Shown here one piece after another: positions 39,471 to 52,843 of a stretch of 64,000 nucleotides of DNA. A program made the translations under genes and the position numbers. Origin of the DNA: Eledone cirrhosa (lineage: Eukaryota). Under the pieces are notes generated by a model that was given only the letters and a program-made list of their open reading frames with translations, was not told the DNA's origin and did not search any database. The stretch is from NCBI GenBank assembly GCA_964016885.1, contig CAXHJY010000344.1:8143-72142 (forward strand), written 5' to 3'. Positions within the stretch are counted from its first letter, which is position 1; each line of letters begins with the position of its first letter.

Positions 39471-39482
39471 CTATATATATAT

Positions 39483-40292
39483 ATATACTTGTATATATGT
39501 CGAGAAATATGTGACAAAAAAAAAAAAACGATGGTAAATGGTGGAGTGACTTATATTCGAGGTCAATATTTTGCTGACTTTCAACAACTTCAAAATTCTA
39601 CGTAAATGAGGCGCTAAAATATTTATCCGTTGTGGGTAAATATTACACCAGTTTCACTTTCGACGTGAAATTCGTATTTCCTATTTTTTTAAAATATGTT
39701 TTGTGTGAATCTGACATTCAAAACGGTCGGAAATTGGTAAAAAAAAAAAATCATTACGTAATAGAGTTGTGAAACAAAAGCCATACTCTAAACGACATTT
39801 AAAATATTTTGAATATCAAAATATTAAAACTTCATAAATATATTCTCCACTTATTAGAATTTCAAAACCGCACAATCTAAACAATGTGTTGATTACCTGC
39901 CCCGTCTCCAAACATTTAGATTCTTTAAGACCGTTGAATTCTTCAATTTTATTGTTTAGTGTGGAGATGAAAATGTTTTCCAAAATTTCCAACTTGTTCA
40001 TGTGGTTGATTATTTTTACATATATTTCATTACTGCACTAGGGCTTGATGAACACAACCACAAGGATATGGTCCGAACGTGGAAGAGCCGAACTCCCGCT
40101 GTCATCGCCTCCTTCTCTCCGTATAGTGAGCAAATGGGGTCCCACGTGCTGGCCTCCCCACAGCCCCGGCGGACAGAATGGAGAGGCGTTTTCCCGGAGG
40201 ATGGTAAGGAAGATGGGAACTTTGCCTATTTCTTAGACATGAAATAAGGTCGACTTATATTCAAATAGACTTATATTCGAGTATATGTGATA
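39483..40292. mobile_element. Putative non-autonomous pogo/Tc2-like DNA transposon
   Basis: Subterminal GACTTATATTC repeats at ~39548, 40252 and 40268; terminal ..gacttatattcgagtatatgtg resembles pogo/Tc2 ends. Confidence 0.5.
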
Positions 40293-41278
40293 GCTACTGT
40301 CTTGTAGATAATATAAAGCTGAAATGGATGGGAAAATAAACGACATGAAGAGAAGAGTATATATGGATATATTAGTGTAGAGCTTAACAATATTATCCTA
40401 TAGAAGTATAGATTTACATTTAAATCTAGCCATAGGGGATGTGTTTGTGTTAGGAAATGCCTACTTTTCCAATGAAAGTCTCGGGGAACAAAGAAACAGC
40501 AATTAACTTAAACTGTACATTAAATCAGGTGTCTCATTTAATCTATTTACTGCTGTGTGAATTTTAACAAAACAAGTTATACCAATCATGCCATGACAAG
40601 GTATTTATTTTATCTGATCGAAGATATATTTATGTAACAAATGGAAATAAAATATAAACATTAATATAGACTAAACTCTCTCTCTCTCTCTCTTTCATTT
40701 TCACTTTCATTCTTTCTCTCTCTCTCGCTTTCTCTCATTTCCCCCCCCTCTCTCTCTCTTTCGTTTTCACTTTCGTTCTTTCTTTCTTTCTCACAGCATT
40801 AACTCTCTCTCTCTGTCTCCGCTTGAGACATATCTAACAGTACAAAAGCGAACAAACACATAAATGTATTACCGGCGCAACACTTATCTGTGTTATGGCT
40901 GTCAATGTTTGTCCACTTTAGGTGTATGTGTATGCGTATCTGTGTGATCACTATGACATTCTACCTTCAGGTCTAATGATATTTTCCAAGCCGCAGACGC
41001 AAACAAAAGCAGCAGGATAATTTCCAACTAGCCATCTATTTCAACCTTTTTAGATCTTATCAGCCACCCATGTTCTTAACTCGGAGCAATGTTTGCACAT
41101 ATTTATTGTTTCCAACCTGGCTCATTTAATTAAAAGTTAGGCAAGAAACACTTTACACAAATATAAAATTTCCAGACACCATCTTCACTGTTTTGCTTTC
41201 TTTTTTTTTTTTGTTATTGTTGTTGTTGAACATTACATTTTGATCTGTTAATCTAAATGTATCCTAATCCAACACACA

Positions 41279-41317
<39 letters not shown>

Positions 41318-41332
41318 CAGCTCATTATCATA

Positions 41333-41835
41333 AGGCACATGGCTTAGTGGTTAGAGCATTCGGCTTGCAATCGAAAGGTTGTGAGTTCAATTCTAGGACC
41401 GGGTGATGTGTTGTTTCCTTGAGCAAGACACTTTATTTCACGTTGCTCCAGTTTACTCAGCTGTAGAAATGAGATGATAAGACTGGGGTCCCTTTCATTA
41501 AATTACCCAAAATACCTCCAATGAGATATACCTTGGAGGAAGTCAGCTAGACCTGTATAGGTGTGAGCTGTTCTCATTATCATAAGGTCGTGAGTTCGAT
41601 TTTTGGCGGTGTGTTGTGTTGTGTCCTTGAGCAAGACACTTTATTTCACGTTGCTCCAGCCCACCCAGCTGGCAAAAATGAATTCTACCTGTAGTTTAAA
41701 AAGGCTAGTTTTGTCATACACTGTGTCATACTGAATCTCCCTGAGAACTACATTAAGGGTACACGTGTCTGTGGAATGGCCAGCCACTTACACATTAATT
41801 TCATAAGCAGGCTGTTTCATTGTTCGAACAACTGA
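41333..41835 (+). mobile_element. Two tandem CORE-type SINEs
   Basis: 41333-41570 is highly similar to 29942-30175; the second copy has tgtgtccttgagcaagacactttatttcacgttgctccag. Confidence 0.85.
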
Positions 41836-42870
41836 AAATTATTTTTATTAGGGAGACTAAGGCGTATAAATAGGAGAAAAGGGTAGACATATTAGGGTTA
41901 GCCTAGGGTGCTAAATATCCAGACGCCAGCTCTGGGCATTGTTTGTGTTTTTTTTTGTTTTTGTTTTGTTTGTTTCACACCCACAGAAACTTGTTAATAT
42001 GTTAACTCGGATAACCCTTTTCGTACCAAATTGTCCACCTTTTGAAGTGTTTTTTATTTACCTAAAACCCTCCTGCCACAAGTTTATATAAGAATGTTCT
42101 TAAAACTGTGAATGTTGGCGTTGGAGTAGCTGTGAACAGCTGATTGTTCTGTGTAACAAAAAGGTCGGGTTAAAATGTGACCACATAGTGAGCGGAAGAA
42201 CGGAGAAGGGGAGATATTGGAAGAAAGAGCGTCTAAAGCACGTGATAAGAAGTGAGAGGGACAGAGAGAGAGGGGAGGACAGAGAGAGGGGGCGGCGGAG
42301 AGAAGAGGAGTAGAGAAAAGCGGGAATGCGATCGATGGAGCACAATATTTTGGAGAATTACGAAAGATAACAATGATGTAAGAACCTTTATTAAATTATA
42401 TTCTTAATAAACAATGAGAAAGCTATTTTATTAAATCTCTCCAAATACTTTTTTTTTTTGTTAGTAGTTTTTTTTTTTTTACAAAAGTTATCGGCAGTGT
42501 CTTTTATAAGAAGTATGGTAATGAGAGTGTTAAGATTTCAACGATGAAGATTTCTCAGTACATTGGCACCCGTCCACTCTGTAAGGTGGTCGTGCTGGTG
42601 ACACAGCAAAAGGTACCTGGTCCACCCTGTAAATGGTCGTTCTGGTGACAATAAAAAGTACCTGGTCCATCCTGTAAGATGGTCAGCACGATAAAAAAAA
42701 GCCATGATAAAAAAAAAGCACCCAGTCCATCCTGTAAGTGTAGTTGGCCATAGGAAGGGCATCTAGCCATAGAAACCAAGCCAGAAACAGTTCTGTATGA
42801 GCAAGGCACGGTCACCTGATCTGACCTTTTATCTCTCTCTCTCTCTCTCATATATATATAATAAAGATGA

Positions 42871-42944
42871 AATAAAGATGGTTATAAGAGTTCCATATAT
42901 TTTATTATAATAAAATATATGGAACTCTTATAACCATCTTTATT
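42871..42944. repeat. Perfect 74-bp palindrome (37-bp arms, no spacer)
   Basis: aataaagatggttataagagttccatatattttatta|taataaaatatatggaactcttataaccatctttatt. Confidence 0.95.
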
Positions 42945-43090
42945 ATATATACTCCAGTTCTACCAATTGTTGAATGCTACTTATCTGATATATGCATAGT
43001 TTTATTGTTCTACAATATTACTCACCTTCTATATATAAGGAAAAGAAGTCAAAAGTACAACTGGAGTCTTTAAGAATATTTATTTATTTA

Positions 43091-43126
43091 TTTTACCGGT
43101 TTCACAGTTCTTATGCTTTTCAAAAG
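43091..43126 (-). ncRNA. Second copy of the U3-A8 minimal hammerhead (slightly decayed)
   Basis: ctt-TTGAAAA-gcat-aagaa-ctgt-GAAA-ccgg-TA-aaa; flanks 43035-43160 are homologous to 22820-22960. Confidence 0.55.
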
Positions 43127-43158
43127 TAAAATTGAGATGGAGGGTTTGTGGTTTGTCT

Positions 43159-43216
<58 letters not shown>

Positions 43217-43614
43217 TATGCGCACACACGCATAACTATAGAAAATGATGCGAATAGGATTTTGCTCACTATACAGTAGCAAAACGTGGAATAATATAGA
43301 AAAGACTAAGAGGAAGATAAGGAAAGCCAATTCATGATATGGCAGCTAAAAATACTAGAGGGTCATGTACGTCTATTGTACCCCTAGTGGCGAACTAGCG
43401 TATTTAAGTGGGTCTTAGATAAACTCAATCTAAGAATTAAAGTGGTAGAAAAGTCAGGGAATCCTAAAACAAAATGTTCCTTTTAAGTCATTGATTGATT
43501 TATTTCATTTGCCTCATAGAGAAAGAAAAATATGTTTTAAAGAAGCTCCAAGGGTGTTGGCCTTAAGTTATAGCTTATTTAGCTTATAGGGAAGTCTAGC
43601 ACTGATGGTAACAC

Positions 43615-43792
43615 CAGACCTGTCAACTCTTCCCGGGGAGATCTCCCACCCACTTTCGGGTGGGTGACAGATGTCTTCTCTTGTATAACTTTCATTATGT
43701 AAAATCTCCCCATTTTGCCTCATTTCTCCCCGTTTTGGGGCACTTTATTTCATGATACTCCCGTTTGTTTTTTTTTTAGGTTGGCAGGTCTG
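43615..43792. mobile_element. 178-bp hAT MITE
   Basis: TIR CAGACCTGTCAAC / GTTGGCAGGTCTG; perfect 8-bp TSD GGTAACAC (43607-43614, 43793-43800). Confidence 0.9.
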
Positions 43793-43827
43793 GGTAACAC
43801 CTATATGTACCATGTTCAATAGTAATA

Positions 43828-44910
43828 TTGATTTCTAGTAAAGGCCAGTAGATTTTTGAGGAAGGGCAAAGGGGCTTAAATCGATCCCAGTACTTGACTG
43901 GTACTTATTTTATAGACCCTGGAAGCAGGACCGGATTTAATAGGAGGCAAAGGGGGGTAATTGGCCCGGGCCCTCTACAGTGAGGGGTCCACCAGCGACA
44001 GCCGTAGCAATTTATTTGTGCCCTCATCTGGGCTTTTTAGTACGGGGGTGGTTAGAATTTTCGAACTTGCTATGTATTCTAATTTTTGTGCAAGAGAGGT
44101 CCCCGAAACCTGAAGTGCCCTGGGCCCCCCAAGGTCAAAATCCCACCCTGTCTGGAAGAAAGATATTTCAAAATTGAGCTCAACGGGATTTGAACTCAGA
44201 GTGTATAGGCCTGAAACAAATGCTGCTAAGCACATTTTCCCGACGCTCTAACAATTCTGTTAATTCATCGCCCTAAAGTTTGGCACATAACCAGCAGTTT
44301 TAAGGGATGGGGAAAGTCGATTAAATCTACCCCAGTGCGTTACTGGTACTTTATTTTATCGACCCCGTAAAAATGAAAAGCAAAGCTAACCTCGGCGGAA
44401 TTTGAACTGAGAACTCAGGACCATAACTATATGCTGCAAAGCATGTTGTCCGACTCTCTAACGACTGCTAATTTCCCACCCTATCTTCAATAATAATAAT
44501 TGCTTCTACTTTTGGCACAAGGCCAGCAATTATCCCAGTGCATTACTAGTGCTTTATTTTATCGAACCCCGTAAAGGCAAAGTTAACCTCGGGGGGGGGG
44601 GGGGATTTGAGCTCAAGTCTTAAAGGACCGTAACTCTATGCTGGAAAGCATGGCGTCCGACCCTCTACCGATACTGCCAATCCACTGGTTTCTGATTTAG
44701 GCACAAGGCTAACAATTTTAGAGGAGGACAAAATCGATTAAATCAATACCAGTGTGTTACTGGTACTTTATTTTATCGACTCCGTAAAGATGAAAGGCAA
44801 AGCTAATAGGCGAGATTTAAACTCTGAACTCGGAATGTAAATGGGCTGTAGCTAATTGCAGCAAAGCATGTTGTCCGACGCTCTAAAGACTCTGCGAATC
44901 ACCCGCCCCA
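43828..44910 (-). mobile_element. Head-to-tail array of four family-A-type SINEs
   Basis: Successive Meta-like cores at ~43900, 44345, 44545 and 44760, all in the same orientation. Confidence 0.85.
43926..44150. mobile_element. 225-bp hAT MITE nested in a SINE
   Basis: TIR CAGGACCGGATTT / AAATCCCACCCTG; 8-bp TSD cctggaag / tctggaag; splits the SINE core. Confidence 0.8.
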
Positions 44911-46323
44911 TCTTCAATAGTAATATCAACAGCAGTACTACCACAGCTCTATGTGACGTTCTATATAAACAATGCAATGTCAATGACCTCTGGAAATATT
45001 GGAAAATTTGGGAAAAGGCAGATATTTATAGATAGACAGAGAGAGTGTGGGGCGGCAGATATATATATATATACAATGATAATAAATAAATGGAGACTAT
45101 ATTTATTGAATATTCCTTCTGCTTATATATATATATATATGTAGGAGGTGAGTTTTATTGTGGTACAATAAAGCAATGCAGATATCGGAATATATACATA
45201 CACACATACGTACGTATGTACGTATATTATATAACGAAAGAGAGAGAGAGTGAGGTGGGGGGGGGGGGACAAACGAATGTGACCGGTAGATAGACACTTA
45301 CATATACACACTTTGATGTAAAATCATACATACACACATGTACATACGCTCATTTAGACACTTGTACACATCCTCTATATTTCTTTCTCACTTCCTCTCT
45401 CTCACTTTCTATCTTTCTCTGGAAGAAATCAGCTGTGTTCAGGCCTGGAGATGGGTGGGCTCCGCCAGGCTTAAAATGGCCAAGAAACGCCGTATGTCAA
45501 TGCAGCGTCACTAACGACTCTATAAGGAGTTACGGGCGACATATACACACACATATGCATATACACATGCACACACGCAAATGATCGTTCGAAGCATACA
45601 ACGTGAAATTAACGAGTATTTGGTTGAGTTTTCCACAGGCACGTGTATTCTTCAAGTAAATCTCAGGAAAATACAGCATGAAACTGTGTGTGACATACCT
45701 GTAATTCAATGGGAATTACAGGTATAACATATTTTTGCCAGCTAAGCAGACTGGAAGAACGTTAAATAAAGCGTATTGCTCAAGAACACAATGCGTTGCT
45801 GGTAATCGAACTAGCAACCTTACGATCGTGAACCGATGACCTTAATTACTAAGTCACAAACACTCACACATACACACGAGCGCGCGCGCACATACACAGA
45901 TACACATACACACATACGTGCACATACACATACACACATATTCACACAAACAGGCACACGCACACACACAATACACAGACTCGCACGCATTCACATAAAC
46001 ACACGTACACACACACACACTTAAACAGACACATACACAGAAACACGCAGAAACAAGCACGCACACACACATACATAAACAGACACACACACATATATAT
46101 ACATACTATACTGTGAAACATTCCACTGTAATAATTGGTGAAACGCCGAATGATATACACACCTTTTACTACATTACACATTAACGGTCATTAGAGTTAC
46201 TTCCCTTTGTTTATTTATACAATAATAGTCTCACTTATAGGCGCAATGTGGTGGTGGCGGCGGCGGTGGTGATGTTGTTGTTGTTGTTGGTGCTACATCA
46301 GTTGTAGCTATATAACGAGCAAC

Positions 46324-46356
<33 letters not shown>

Positions 46357-46799
46357 TATATTGATGGTGGTGGTGGTAATGACGTTTTCTGGTTATCGAG
46401 AGGAAGAGTTAGAGATTGAGAGTGAGAGAGTGAGAGAGAGAGAGAGAGAGAGTGCGTGAGAGAGAGAGGATGTGAGAGCGAGAGAAAAAATGAGGTAGAG
46501 AGAAAGATAGATTAATGGTAGACTAATGACCATATAAATATGTAACTGCGCTATAGAAGTGTGTAGTAGACGACAATGACTAGGTCTCGGGTTCGATCCC
46601 ACTGCATGTCATCTTGAACAACTGTCATTTACCATAGCCTTAGGTGAGCCAGAGAGACGGAAACTGTTTGGAAGCCCACAAGATGGACTTTACTTGTAAC
46701 TCAAACGGCTGGCTTTGTCACATATTGTGTCGTACTGAATCTCCCTGAGAACTACATTAAGAGTACACATGTCTATGAAGTACTCAGCCACATACCACA

Positions 46800-47185
46800 T
46801 AATGGTTTGTGATTTAGGCACAAGGCCAACAGTTTAGTGATGGTGGTGGGGGGTCGACTTAGTCTACCTCAGTGCATTACTGGTACTTTATGTTATCGAC
46901 TCTGTAAAGATGAAACGCAAAGCTAAGCTCGGCGAAATTTGAACTCAGAACGTAAAGATCCGTAACTCTATGCCGCAAAGAATGTTATCCGGCGCTCTAC
47001 CGATACAGCCAATCCATCGCCCTAAACATGAATAATAGTAATAATGGTTTCTGATTCAGGCACAAGACCAACAATTGTGGGGCGGGGATGCGAAAGTCGA
47101 TTAAATCTAACCCAGTACGTTACTGGTACTTTATTTTATAGACCCCTCCTCCTGTAAGGATGAAAAGAAAAGCTCAGCTCGGCTG
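46800..47185 (-). mobile_element. Two tandem family-A SINEs
   Basis: Separated by an aataatagtaataat spacer. Confidence 0.82.
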
Positions 47186-47524
47186 ACCATAAAATACAAG
47201 GAATACTGAACCTGTAATTTTGAGAATTATGTTAAAATTTCAGGTGTTTAAGGAATGCTCAGTCACTTGCATGTTAATTTCACAAACTGATTGTCCCGTT
47301 GGTCAACAACAGCAACTGTCATCGTCGAAAACGATGTAGGCCCATTCCAGAACTGGACAGACGAACTGTACAATTACTTCTAGCTGCTGTCTAGAAAGGT
47401 TAATTATAGGCAATCCTTGTTTGACGACCCAGTCGTAAAGCGATTTGACTGGTGAACGGAATCCTCGCTTAACGACCATGGGTCCATTACATCGACATGG
47501 TCGTAAAATATTTCAGATATTTAT

Positions 47525-47730
47525 ATTTGAAATGTGGGGACCAGCTGGCAGGAGTCCCACGGCTAGACCACGAGCAAGATCGTTGGATAACATCCATGAG
47601 CTTGGCTGGTCTCGCTTGGGGATCCAGTTGGAGACAGTTGCTTCTGACATGACCGACTGAAAGGAGTGTTTCAAGACTGTTTCCATGACCGTCTCAGGAA
47701 GAAGAAGAAGAAGAAGAAGAAGAAGTCCCA
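47525..47730 (+). mobile_element. RTE-type LINE 3' fragment with (AAG)n tail
   Basis: RPRARSLDNIHELGWSRLGIQ trace followed by (aag)n. Confidence 0.6.
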
Positions 47731-48021
47731 ACGAAAATGACCATAATAGTTCTTTCTAGCATTGGCTAGAATTTGGGGGAAGGATGAAAGTCGATTATAT
47801 GGACCCCGGTATTTAACTGGTACTTTATTTTAACGACCGTGGGAGGATGAAAGGCAAAGGTGACCACAGTGGAATTGGAACTTAGAACGTAGAAAGCCGC
47901 AACTAAACACCGCAAACCTTTTTATCCGACAGTCTACTGACTGTCAATCCACCGCCTTAGACTATAATAATAGTTTGTGTGTGTGTGTGTGTGTCTGTGT
48001 GATTAAGGAGTTCTACTATAG

Positions 48022-48725
48022 AAGGGGTCTCAAACTCAAGGCTTCAAAAGGGCCATTATGTCCTGGGGTTGAGGCACAACGGACTGAAATTGGGGGGGGG
48101 GGGGGGGGTGATCGTGATTTCCACCAGTTATAATGTTAATCTGCAATACAGCTGATAGGTTGCTATTTATTCTATTAAAATGAGTACGTGTGTGATTGTA
48201 AGTGGGATATGTGAATTACTATAAAATGTAGAACAAATTTTCCGTTTCGAATTTCGAATAGGCTACTTTGCCGGTCCCGGTAAAATAGACAAACGTGCTT
48301 TTAAAGCTAATTTTACCGGTCTCGGTAAATATAAATAGTGTTAGTGTTGGGTTAGGGTTTAAATTGTCTTAATAATTGGTGGTGAAAATAAATAAACTTC
48401 CGTGTTTTGTTATTTTTAACATTACTTACCCTCATAACAATAGTTTCTAATTTAGGCACAAAGCCAACAATTTGGAGATTATTAAATCGACCCCAGTGCA
48501 TTACTGGTGCTTTATTTTATCGACCCCGTAAGGACGAAAGGCAGAGCTAACTTCGGCGGGGTTTGAACTCATAAAGATCCGCAACTCTATGCTGCAAAGC
48601 ATGGTGTCTGACACTCTTACCGGCAAAATAGCCTCATCCTTCTAAATTTCCTTAATTAGCCACGAAAATTGTTCTACCGTGAGCCATTGAAACGTAATAT
48701 GCAGGCCGCGTGTTTCAGACCCCTG
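48022..48725. mobile_element. hAT non-autonomous element with nested TIR element (48260-48634) and SINE (48440-48615)
   Basis: TIR aaggggtctcaaac / gtttcagacccctg; TSD tactatag / tactagag; inner TIR aggctactttgccggt / accggcaaaatagcct. Confidence 0.72.
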
Positions 48726-48750
48726 TACTAGAGTCTCTAAACGACCTATA

Positions 48751-48966
48751 CGAGGGGGTGCTGAAATGTTTCTGGCTTTAAGCTGCTATAGAGACCTGGC
48801 TGGAGGCCCAACCTTCCGAGTTGTTTTTACAGGGCTTAGAAAAACTGAAGGACCGCTGCAATAAGTGTGAGAATACGAGAGGGGAATATGTTGAATAAAA
48901 TCATAATTAACTGATCCTCCTGTATTATCTTTTACCCAAAGCCAGGAATTGTTCAGCACCCCCTCA
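48751..48966 (+). mobile_element. Internally deleted mariner element retaining the transposase C-terminus
   Basis: TA-flanked TIR CGAGGGGGTGCTGAA; encodes AIETWLEAQPSELFLQGLEKLKDRCNKCENTRGEYVE*, matching the mariner C-terminal G(E/D)YVE motif. Confidence 0.9.
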
Positions 48967-49168
48967 TAGATACTTACATACAGACATTGAACGCCCGTAG
49001 CGTAGTGGTTAAGGTGTTCGGCTCATGAAGTTGTCGGTGTGTTGTGTCCTTGAGCAAGGCAGTTTATTTCATGTTTGCTAATCTATCTCCGGCGAAATGT
49101 TATTTTAAGTGGTAGAATTCAATTAATTTTCTTTACATATTAAAAGATTATTATATACACACACACAT

Positions 49169-49206
<38 letters not shown>

Positions 49207-49580
49207 TAAAATAACAGATTAAAGTTTAAGCAAAGAATCGCTGCTTTCACCCTTAACGGGTCTTCAAATTTATTATATATATATATATATATATACAGGC
49301 ACTCCGTCGGTTACGACGACAAGTGTTCTAAGTGACCTGATCAACGAAACAGTCTGCTCGTGAAATTAACGTGCAAGTGACTGAGCATTCCACAGACATC
49401 TCTGGGAGATTCAGCACGAACCGAACGTGACAAGGCTGGCCCTTCGAATTACAGGTACAACTCATTTGTACTAGCTTCGGTAGTGTCTTGCTCAAGGATA
49501 CAACGCTGTGGGAATCGAACTCACGACCTTACGGTTATGAGCCGAATACTTTAACCACAAAGCCACGCTTATATATTATA

Positions 49581-49768
49581 ATTGTTTCTACTTTTGGCAC
49601 AAGGCCAGCAATTACCCAGTGCATTACTGGTACTTTATTTTATCGACCCCGTAAGGATGAAAGGCAAAGTTAACCTCGGCGGGATTTGAACTCAGAATGG
49701 CAAGGGCCGTAACTCTATGCATCAAAGCATGGCATCCAACCCTCTACCGATACTGCCAATTCACCGCT
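49581..49768 (-). mobile_element. Family-A SINE with 17-bp TSD
   Basis: cgcttatatattataat at 49566-49582 and 49765-49781. Confidence 0.92.
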
Positions 49769-49892
49769 TATATATTATAATATCATACAAACAGACATAT
49801 ATAAGTACGTGTATATATATTATAGTACATAGTTATATATAAGTAATACCTCCTACTAACCAGCATATAAGTATCTATACATAAATGTAAGT

Positions 49893-49951
<59 letters not shown>

Positions 49952-49952
49952 T

Positions 49953-50055
<103 letters not shown>

Positions 50056-50295
50056 TCCATTTGTCTTCATAGTTGAAGCTCAATATAGTATGATATTATG
50101 TTTATATTGAAAGAAGTAAATATTTGAGTTACGGAGAATCAATCGTTTGTCAACATAGATCCTCCCTAAGTGTGCGTGAGTGTGTGTGTGTGTGTATATA
50201 TGTATGTATGTATGTATGTGTGTGTCTGTGTTGGGGCGTGTATGAGCGAATCAGTTTATTATCCTTGTGGTAAATGTTTACTTATCCCGAACGTA

Positions 50296-50342
<47 letters not shown>

Positions 50343-50398
50343 CCAGTGGACCTATACTGTACATCAGCTGGAGGAACAACGTAGCAAGATAAGGCAAG

Positions 50399-50429
<31 letters not shown>

Positions 50430-50518
50430 CCTTATCGTTACGTTTATACTGGCGCGCATGTATAAATACATGTGTGTGAATATATAGGGTAAGAAAGAAA
50501 GAAAGAAAGAAAGAGAGG

Positions 50519-50552
<34 letters not shown>

Positions 50553-51189
50553 TTGAGAGAGAGAGAGAGACGGAAGTAGCGTAATAATGAATGAATAAAA
50601 CCACACAAATGTGTAAGTAGTTAAGCGAGATATGTTACCTATATACTTGTATAAAACACACAGATATATATATACAGATGCACATACTTATATACATACA
50701 TGCTCACACACACACAGTGATACTTATGAATGATATCATCCACTGCACATACATACATATACAAACATACACATATGTATGTACATGTTCTCACACACAC
50801 ACACACAGAAATATATATATATATATGAGAGAGAAAAAGAGTGAGTGAGAAGGAAAGACAGAGAGAGAAAGGGAGAGAGAAAGAGAGAGAAAGACAGAAA
50901 GGAATGAAAGAAAGAGAGAAAGAAAGAGAGAGAGAAAGAAAGAGAGAGAGAAAGAAAGAGAGAAAGAAAGAGAGAAAGAAAGAAAGAAATCCCGGCCGCG
51001 GCGTCAAGCGGTTTCGGCTTGCGTGTTCAACAAGCCTTTTCATATATATCCAGAAAATAGCCGTCGAAACAGCTTGAGTCCTGCCGTCGGAGTTAAACAT
51101 TTTCCTATTACCATTACCCACTCTACTACCTTAAGTATTGAGTACTCTGGTGCGTTATGGTCCATCTTGTTCCTTACCACACTCCTTCG

Positions 51190-51236
<47 letters not shown>

Positions 51237-51239
<3 letters not shown>

Positions 51240-51520
51240 AGGAAGCTCCAACCGTTAAGGTTGTCTTTTTTTCGTGTATGTCAATATTTATTAATAAAAA
51301 AAATCTGTATTTTATCTGATGAAAACGCACCATAATTTGCTTTGGTTGCCCTTGAAATATATATAATACAATAAATATGGTTTTATAAATATAGTTTCCA
51401 TTTATTAATATATTGTATATATATATATAATATTAAAACTCCAAGATTATTTCTCTGTTGAGTGCTTTCAATCTATTGTAAAACTGTATTCATTGAGTAA
51501 TCAATGAGCCATATTAATCT
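51237..51520 (+). mobile_element. Penelope-like terminal fragment with decayed hammerhead
   Basis: Homologous to 16998-17268; CTGATGA..GAAA-tata-TA at ~51317-51365; flanked by (TA)n. Confidence 0.5.
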
Positions 51521-51523
51521 TTG

Positions 51524-51562
<39 letters not shown>

Positions 51563-52363
51563 AATACGCGATCCCTGCTGTTCCACAAGTATTTTCAAGA
51601 GTGTATTCTTGTGGAACTCAAGTTAAAACCACCGGGCTCGCCCTCGGGTTGTCCATCTTCACTATATGTATGTGTGTGGTTACGTGTGTGTGTGTGTGTG
51701 TGTGTGTGATTACAGTGACAATGACAATGATTTTGAAAGACGAAATATCAACAATATATTTTAAACGTGGCCGTAACCTGTGTGTACAGACAGACACACA
51801 TAAATACACACATGTACACACACATACCACACACATACATATATCGTATGCTCGCCCTCCCCAAGACAATAACAAACCTACTTACCACATGAGTTGTTAC
51901 TATATCATTTTCGTTTAGTACTCACAGTACCATTGTTGTTGTTTGTTGTTGTAATAGCTACGAGTGTTGTTGTTTATTGTTGTTGTCTTATATGTGTAAG
52001 CCTGTGCAAATCTGTATTTACGTAACTCCATTTCGTACAGACCACAACACAGAATCAGACACACAGACACAAAGTCACACAGACCTACAGGTGCGTGTAC
52101 GTATGTATGTATGTATGTATATATATATATATAGAGAGAGAGAGAGGGAGAGAGAGAGATAGAGAGACAGACAGAGAAAGAGACAGGCAGAGACAGAAAG
52201 AGAGGTGTAAACACACACAAATACACATACGCAGACCTACAGGTGTGTGCGTATGTGTATACGAGGTTTACTTTGCCTTTCATCCTTACGGGGGGGGGGG
52301 GTCAATAAAATAGAGTACCAGTAATGCACTGGGTAATTGGTGGCTTGTGCCAAAAGTAGAAAC

Positions 52364-52437
<74 letters not shown>

Positions 52438-52767
52438 GTGCACACACACAAATATACAGACTTACAGGTGTGTGTGTTTGTGCGCGTGTATATATATATA
52501 GAGAGAGAGAGGGAGAGAGAGAGAGACAGTCACACACACTTACAAACACACACGATAATCCACGAAACTCAGATTAGCAACAGAGTAATCACTGGAATAC
52601 AATACTCTCTACTTTGGTATTGAGTACTTTTTCGTTTCCCCCTGACGCACGGATATATATATATGTGTGTGTGTGTGTGTGTATGTATGTATATTAAACT
52701 AATATATTTCTTCCATGTACTGAACCGTTTTGTTATTTCTGTTTACCTTTAACATACACACACACAT

Positions 52768-52843
<76 letters not shown>

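Noticed and set aside
49228-49275. Minus-strand TTGAAGA-ccc-gttaa-ggg-t-GAAA motif
   Set aside because: No valid stem III or UH cleavage triplet; at best a decayed relative
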